A DNA stretch of 64,000 nucleotides from Minisyncoccota bacterium (GTDB lineage Bacteria > Patescibacteriota > Minisyncoccia > SW-4-49-11). Below the pieces are notes generated by a model. That model made no database searches and was not told the DNA's origin. It saw only the letters and a program-made list of their open reading frames with translations. Made by a program: the position numbers and the translations under genes. Below, in pieces: positions 60,069-64,000 of the stretch. Location: contig JAULZW010000005.1 of the NCBI GenBank assembly GCA_032117235.1, positions 31,264-95,263 on the forward strand. The letters run 5' to 3'. Each line of letters starts with the position of its first letter. Within the stretch, counting starts at the first letter, position 1.

Positions 60069-60130
60069 ATATCTTAGATTGTTTATATTAAATAAATTGT
60101 AAGACTAATAATATATTATAAGATATAGAT

Positions 60131-61393
60131 ATGAAAAGATGGCTATATATAGCTAAAATCCCAGAGTTGAGAAATAAATTATTACTAGTTTTAGGACTTT
60201 TAGTTGTATATAGATTAATAGCATCAGTCCCAATTCCAGCAATTGATATAGACCGTATTAAAGAATTTGCCTCATCTAATCAAATCTTTGGTCTATTAGA
60301 TGTATTTTCTGGTGGTGGCTTTTCCAACTTTTCTTTAGTTGCTTTAGGTGTGGGGCCATATATTACAGCTTCAATTATAATGCAGTTGTTTACAATGGTA
60401 GTACCATCTCTGAATCGCCTATATAAGGAGGAAGGAGAACAAGGTCGTCAAATATTCAATCAATATACTAGAATGTTGACTGTTCCATTGTCTATTTTGC
60501 AAGCTATGTCTACATTAACAGTATTACGAAGTGCTGGAGTAATACAAGAAATTACAAGTTTGCAAGTTATTACAGTGATATCACTTATGACTGCTGGTAC
60601 CTTAGGTTTAATGTGGTTAGGTGAGATTATAACTAATCAAAAAGTAGGAAATGGAATATCTTTGATTATTTTTGCAGGTATAATATCATCTTTACCTACT
60701 ACTCTTAATCAATTTAGACTTAACTTTAATAGAGCAGATATGCCAACTTATTTGTTATATTTAGTAATTATAGTTGCCGTTATATATGCAATTATATTTA
60801 TTACAGAAGGTCAGAGAAATATCCCAATATCTTATAGTAAAAAATCAAGGGGGGCATTAGTTAATAGTCAGGTAGACACTTATTTACCAATGAAAGTAAA
60901 TCAAGCAGGTGTAATGCCAATAATTTTTGCCGTGTCCCTAGTATTGTTTCCTAAAATTATTTCAAGTTTACTATTGCAGACTAATATTGATTGGGTTAAG
61001 AATATTGCAACTAATATAAATACATTTTTAGATAACCAAGTGGTTTATGCTAGCATATATTTTATACTAGTATTAGTATTTACTTATGTATATACCACCA
61101 TAGTATTTGAGCCTAAGGCTGTAGCTGAAAACTTACAAAAACAAGGAGGCTTTGTTACAGGTATTAGACCTGGTGAAAAAACTGCCCAATATTTACAATA
61201 TGTATCCAATAGAATTATTATATTTGGAGCTATATTCCTAGGACTAATAGCAGTATTGCCATTTATAATGACTGGATTTACAGGTAATCTATCCATTGGA
61301 GGAACTAGTATGCTGATTGTAGTTTCAGTTATTCTTGAAACAATGAAACAAATAGATTCTCAGATTATTGTTAGAGATTACGACTCCTTGTAA
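60131..61393 (+). CDS. secY: Preprotein translocase SecY
   Basis: LGVGPYITASII, GNGISLIIFAG, AGVMPIIFA, GIRPG. Confidence 0.98.
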   Translation: MKRWLYIAKIPELRNKLLLVLGLLVVYRLIASVPIPAIDIDRIKEFASSNQIFGLLDVFSGGGFSNFSLVALGVGPYITASIIMQLFTMVVPSLNRLYKEEGEQGRQIFNQYTRMLTVPLSILQAMSTLTVLRSAGVIQEITSLQVITVISLMTAGTLGLMWLGEIITNQKVGNGISLIIFAGIISSLPTTLNQFRLNFNRADMPTYLLYLVIIVAVIYAIIFITEGQRNIPISYSKKSRGALVNSQVDTYLPMKVNQAGVMPIIFAVSLVLFPKIISSLLLQTNIDWVKNIATNINTFLDNQVVYASIYFILVLVFTYVYTTIVFEPKAVAENLQKQGGFVTGIRPGEKTAQYLQYVSNRIIIFGAIFLGLIAVLPFIMTGFTGNLSIGGTSMLIVVSVILETMKQIDSQIIVRDYDSL

Positions 61394-61423
61394 TAAAATA
61401 TTTTAATTTTTAAGCTATAATCT

Positions 61424-62323
61424 TTAGATAACATCTCTACTTCTAAAATATAAATATAGACACAAAGATATTCCTAAGGCTATACATACAGCAACAAAAA
61501 AAGCTAAGTTATGATTAAGAAAATCCATTTTAGCATTTATCCCTAATAGTCCAATAAAAAGAGTAGATGGAGCTAGAGTAGTAGAAAAAGTAGTCAAGGT
61601 CTTTATGTTTTTATTCAATTTATGAGACAATAGTGTTTGATTCGTTTGGTCAAAAGCTTCAATGGCTTCCTTTAAGTTTTCTGTAATATTCCAAATATGG
61701 ATATTGCTAGAAATTATATCGGTAATATGTTTGGATTTAACCTGATTTTCAGGAAAATATTGTGGAATTAATCTGATTGAAGAATCTATGACTGATTTAT
61801 GTAATCTTATTGTTTTACGGAAATCTAAAACATCTCTTTTGACTATAGATATCTCAGAAATCATATTTTGTTCATTGCCTTTAAAAATTTCTTCCTCAAT
61901 AAAGTCAATTTTCTCAGCTATACGATTGAGAGGAGTCATACAAGAAGATAGCATTTTTTCAATCAAAAATATATACAAGTCTACAGGGCTATTAAATCTC
62001 GAAGTTTTTCCTTCTAAATTTGACATACTTACATTTATAAAATGAACGTTTTTCTTATGAGATGTCACAAAGTAACCTTGACTTAATATACAGTCTATTT
62101 CTACTGCTTGATTTTTTCTTAGCGTTTTATCATATAAAGGATAATGTAATATGACCGCCATATAATCTATGTATTCTTCTAATCTTTGCAAATGAATAGG
62201 TGACTTTAAAATTTGTTCAGTTGTATCCTTAAGGTTAATAATATTATCCAGATTATCCAAATCAGCTTGAACATCGGGATTAATATCAATCCAGACAAAG
62301 GAGGAAAATTGAATTTTTTTCAT
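61424..62323 (-). CDS. CorA/ZntB-family divalent cation transporter
   Basis: WID N-terminus, helical funnel, two C-terminal TMs with GIN in place of GMN. Confidence 0.85.
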   Translation of the reverse strand: MKKIQFSSFVWIDINPDVQADLDNLDNIINLKDTTEQILKSPIHLQRLEEYIDYMAVILHYPLYDKTLRKNQAVEIDCILSQGYFVTSHKKNVHFINVSMSNLEGKTSRFNSPVDLYIFLIEKMLSSCMTPLNRIAEKIDFIEEEIFKGNEQNMISEISIVKRDVLDFRKTIRLHKSVIDSSIRLIPQYFPENQVKSKHITDIISSNIHIWNITENLKEAIEAFDQTNQTLLSHKLNKNIKTLTTFSTTLAPSTLFIGLLGINAKMDFLNHNLAFFVAVCIALGISLCLYLYFRSRDVI

Positions 62324-62384
62324 ATATATATTAAACTATAACTAATATAAGTGTAACAGTTATCTCTTAAAAGTCAAGATTATT

Positions 62385-63377
62385 ATGTTCAAAACACAGT
62401 ATCATAGAAACACTCCAATGAGAATAGATAAATTCTTAGCAGAATTTTTGCAAGATATATCTAGACAACAAATTCAAGTTTTAATTAAAAATAATGTAGT
62501 CCTTAAAAATGGGAATATTATAAATAAAACAAAAGAATTAGTTTCATTAGGAGATATTATAGAAGTCAATACTCCCAAAATCAAACACCAACCAATTATA
62601 CTAGATGATAAACTCAAGCAAGACTTAGCAGAAAAAGTACAAATATTATTTGAGCATAAAGACTTTTTAATAGTAAATAAACCCGCAGGCTTATTGATAC
62701 ATAAAACTAATAATATAAACTCATACTCTCTTGTCGATATATTGATATTCAAGTACCCAGAAATTAAAGAGGCAGTAGATGATAATCAAAGTAAAGAATC
62801 TATATTACAAAATAGATATGGAATAGTACATCGTATAGACAAAGATACTAGTGGCTTAGTAATTGTAGCTCGTAATAAGAATGCTTTAATTAGATTGAAA
62901 CATTTATTTAAATACAGAAAAGTTTACAAAGAATATATTTGTTTAGTCAGGGGTATTATAAAAAGTGACTATGGCAATATTACATATCCAATTACTAGAT
63001 CTAAATTAGAGCATACTAAGAGAGTAGCAGTAATATCTGATAAACAATCACAAAATATTCAAAGAACAGCACATACTGAATATTGGGTTATACAAAGATA
63101 TCAAGATAGCACTCTATTAAAAGTAGTAATTCATACTGGCAGAACTCATCAAATTAGAGTACATATGCAAGCAATTGGACACTCAATAATAGGAGATAAA
63201 TTGTATGGAGGTAAATTAGAACACAAAGATAAAAACACAATACAAAGACAATTTTTACATTCATCAAAATTAAAGTTTGAATACTTAGGGCAAGAGTATG
63301 AGTTTTTATCAGATTTACCAAGTAATCTAATGTTCTATAAATCAACCAAAGCCGACTTATCCACAAATATAGGATAG
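62385..63377 (+). CDS. rluD: RluA/RluD-family 23S rRNA pseudouridine synthase
   Basis: S4 domain RIDKFL, NKPAGL, HRIDKDTSG, GRTHQIRVH. Confidence 0.88.
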   Translation: MFKTQYHRNTPMRIDKFLAEFLQDISRQQIQVLIKNNVVLKNGNIINKTKELVSLGDIIEVNTPKIKHQPIILDDKLKQDLAEKVQILFEHKDFLIVNKPAGLLIHKTNNINSYSLVDILIFKYPEIKEAVDDNQSKESILQNRYGIVHRIDKDTSGLVIVARNKNALIRLKHLFKYRKVYKEYICLVRGIIKSDYGNITYPITRSKLEHTKRVAVISDKQSQNIQRTAHTEYWVIQRYQDSTLLKVVIHTGRTHQIRVHMQAIGHSIIGDKLYGGKLEHKDKNTIQRQFLHSSKLKFEYLGQEYEFLSDLPSNLMFYKSTKADLSTNIG

Positions 63378-63430
63378 ACAAAATATTATAAAAATGATAA
63401 TCTAAAATATATAACAATAGATAATAATAT

Positions 63431-64000
63431 ATGAAAAAACAATATAAAATATTAGGAATTTTAATAACAATAGGAATATTATTAAGTCCTCATATAATAG
63501 TAATTGCTCAAGAAGAGTCAGGTATCTTTATACCTGAAGAAAACCAAGCTGATCTGGATCTAAGAGCAAAAGTAAAATCAGGAGAGAAACTTACAAAAGA
63601 AGAGTTTGAACAATTGCAGAAGCTCATAAAAAATGGAAAAAGTACTGAGGTATCAAGTTGGCAATTAAAAGAAGATGAGATCCCAACTAAAGAACAAATA
63701 GATAAAATACAAAAAAATCAATCAACTCAACAAGCTTATACTTATAAAAGTCAATTAGAAACAGCAGGAGTAAAAATAGGCTCATTGGGTAATTGTATGG
63801 ATACATACAAATTTGGAAGTATTAAAATTAATATTACTCAAGATCAGCAAAAGTATAATCCAGGAGATATTATTCAATTAAAGGGAGCTATCAAGAATGA
63901 GAATGTCTACCCAGTAACAGGGCTAACTATCTCAGCTAGACTTGTTAAGAATATTCCTAATTCTAATGATCAAGCCTTTAGCACAACTCTAGATGAATTC
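63431..64000 (+). CDS. Secreted/surface protein, 3' end outside the window
   Basis: MKKQYKILGILITIGILLSPHIIVIA-QEE signal peptide; frame open to the window end; not in the ORF track. Confidence 0.75.
   Translation, partial: MKKQYKILGILITIGILLSPHIIVIAQEESGIFIPEENQADLDLRAKVKSGEKLTKEEFEQLQKLIKNGKSTEVSSWQLKEDEIPTKEQIDKIQKNQSTQQAYTYKSQLETAGVKIGSLGNCMDTYKFGSIKINITQDQQKYNPGDIIQLKGAIKNENVYPVTGLTISARLVKNIPNSNDQAFSTTLDEF

Noticed and set aside
63357-63365. Perfect DnaA box TTATCCACA
   Set aside because: Single copy inside the end of rluD, with no box cluster or dnaA nearby; not enough for an oriC call
1-64000. Alternative genetic code 25 (UGA = Gly) as in Gracilibacteria/Absconditabacteria
   Set aside because: Conserved genes are full length in code 11, and TGA ends pgk and trpS at the expected positions

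Overview
AT-rich (roughly 30% GC by eye) bacterial chromosomal window in genetic code 11. It looks like a Patescibacteria/CPR (Parcubacteria-like) genome: rpmD (uL30) is absent between rpsE and rplO, native genes mostly lack Shine-Dalgarno motifs, ProRS and PGK are short, and there is a CPR-type VirD4/TraD-like ATPase and an ADP-forming acetate-CoA ligase. Main contents: a complete V/A-type ATPase operon with a Na+-type K subunit; cca and tRNA-Thr(CGT); cysS, vanW-like, femX, pfkB, tsaE and a tandem double-domain PilB; pgk and envelope genes; proS; crtE-crtB; recA; two gpm paralogs; LeuRS with an inserted Nudix domain; glgP, rpmA, ftsQ, trpS; and the tuf-S10-spc cluster through secY, then corA and rluD. 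Signals not visible in the ORF track: (i) a 28-bp G-U-rich, strand-specific RNA hairpin between V-ATPase subunits I and K; (ii) an internally deleted REP-associated tyrosine transposase (RAYT) whose stop codon lies in the V-ATPase -35 box; (iii) a mini-island beside tRNA-Thr with two orphan promoter-ORF-terminator units separated by two kinds of REP-like palindromes; (iv) an IS481/IS3-type remnant ending 5 bp before the tuf promoter; (v) internal sigma70 promoters in the ribosomal protein cluster. Family assignments come from motif recognition only; no searches were run.
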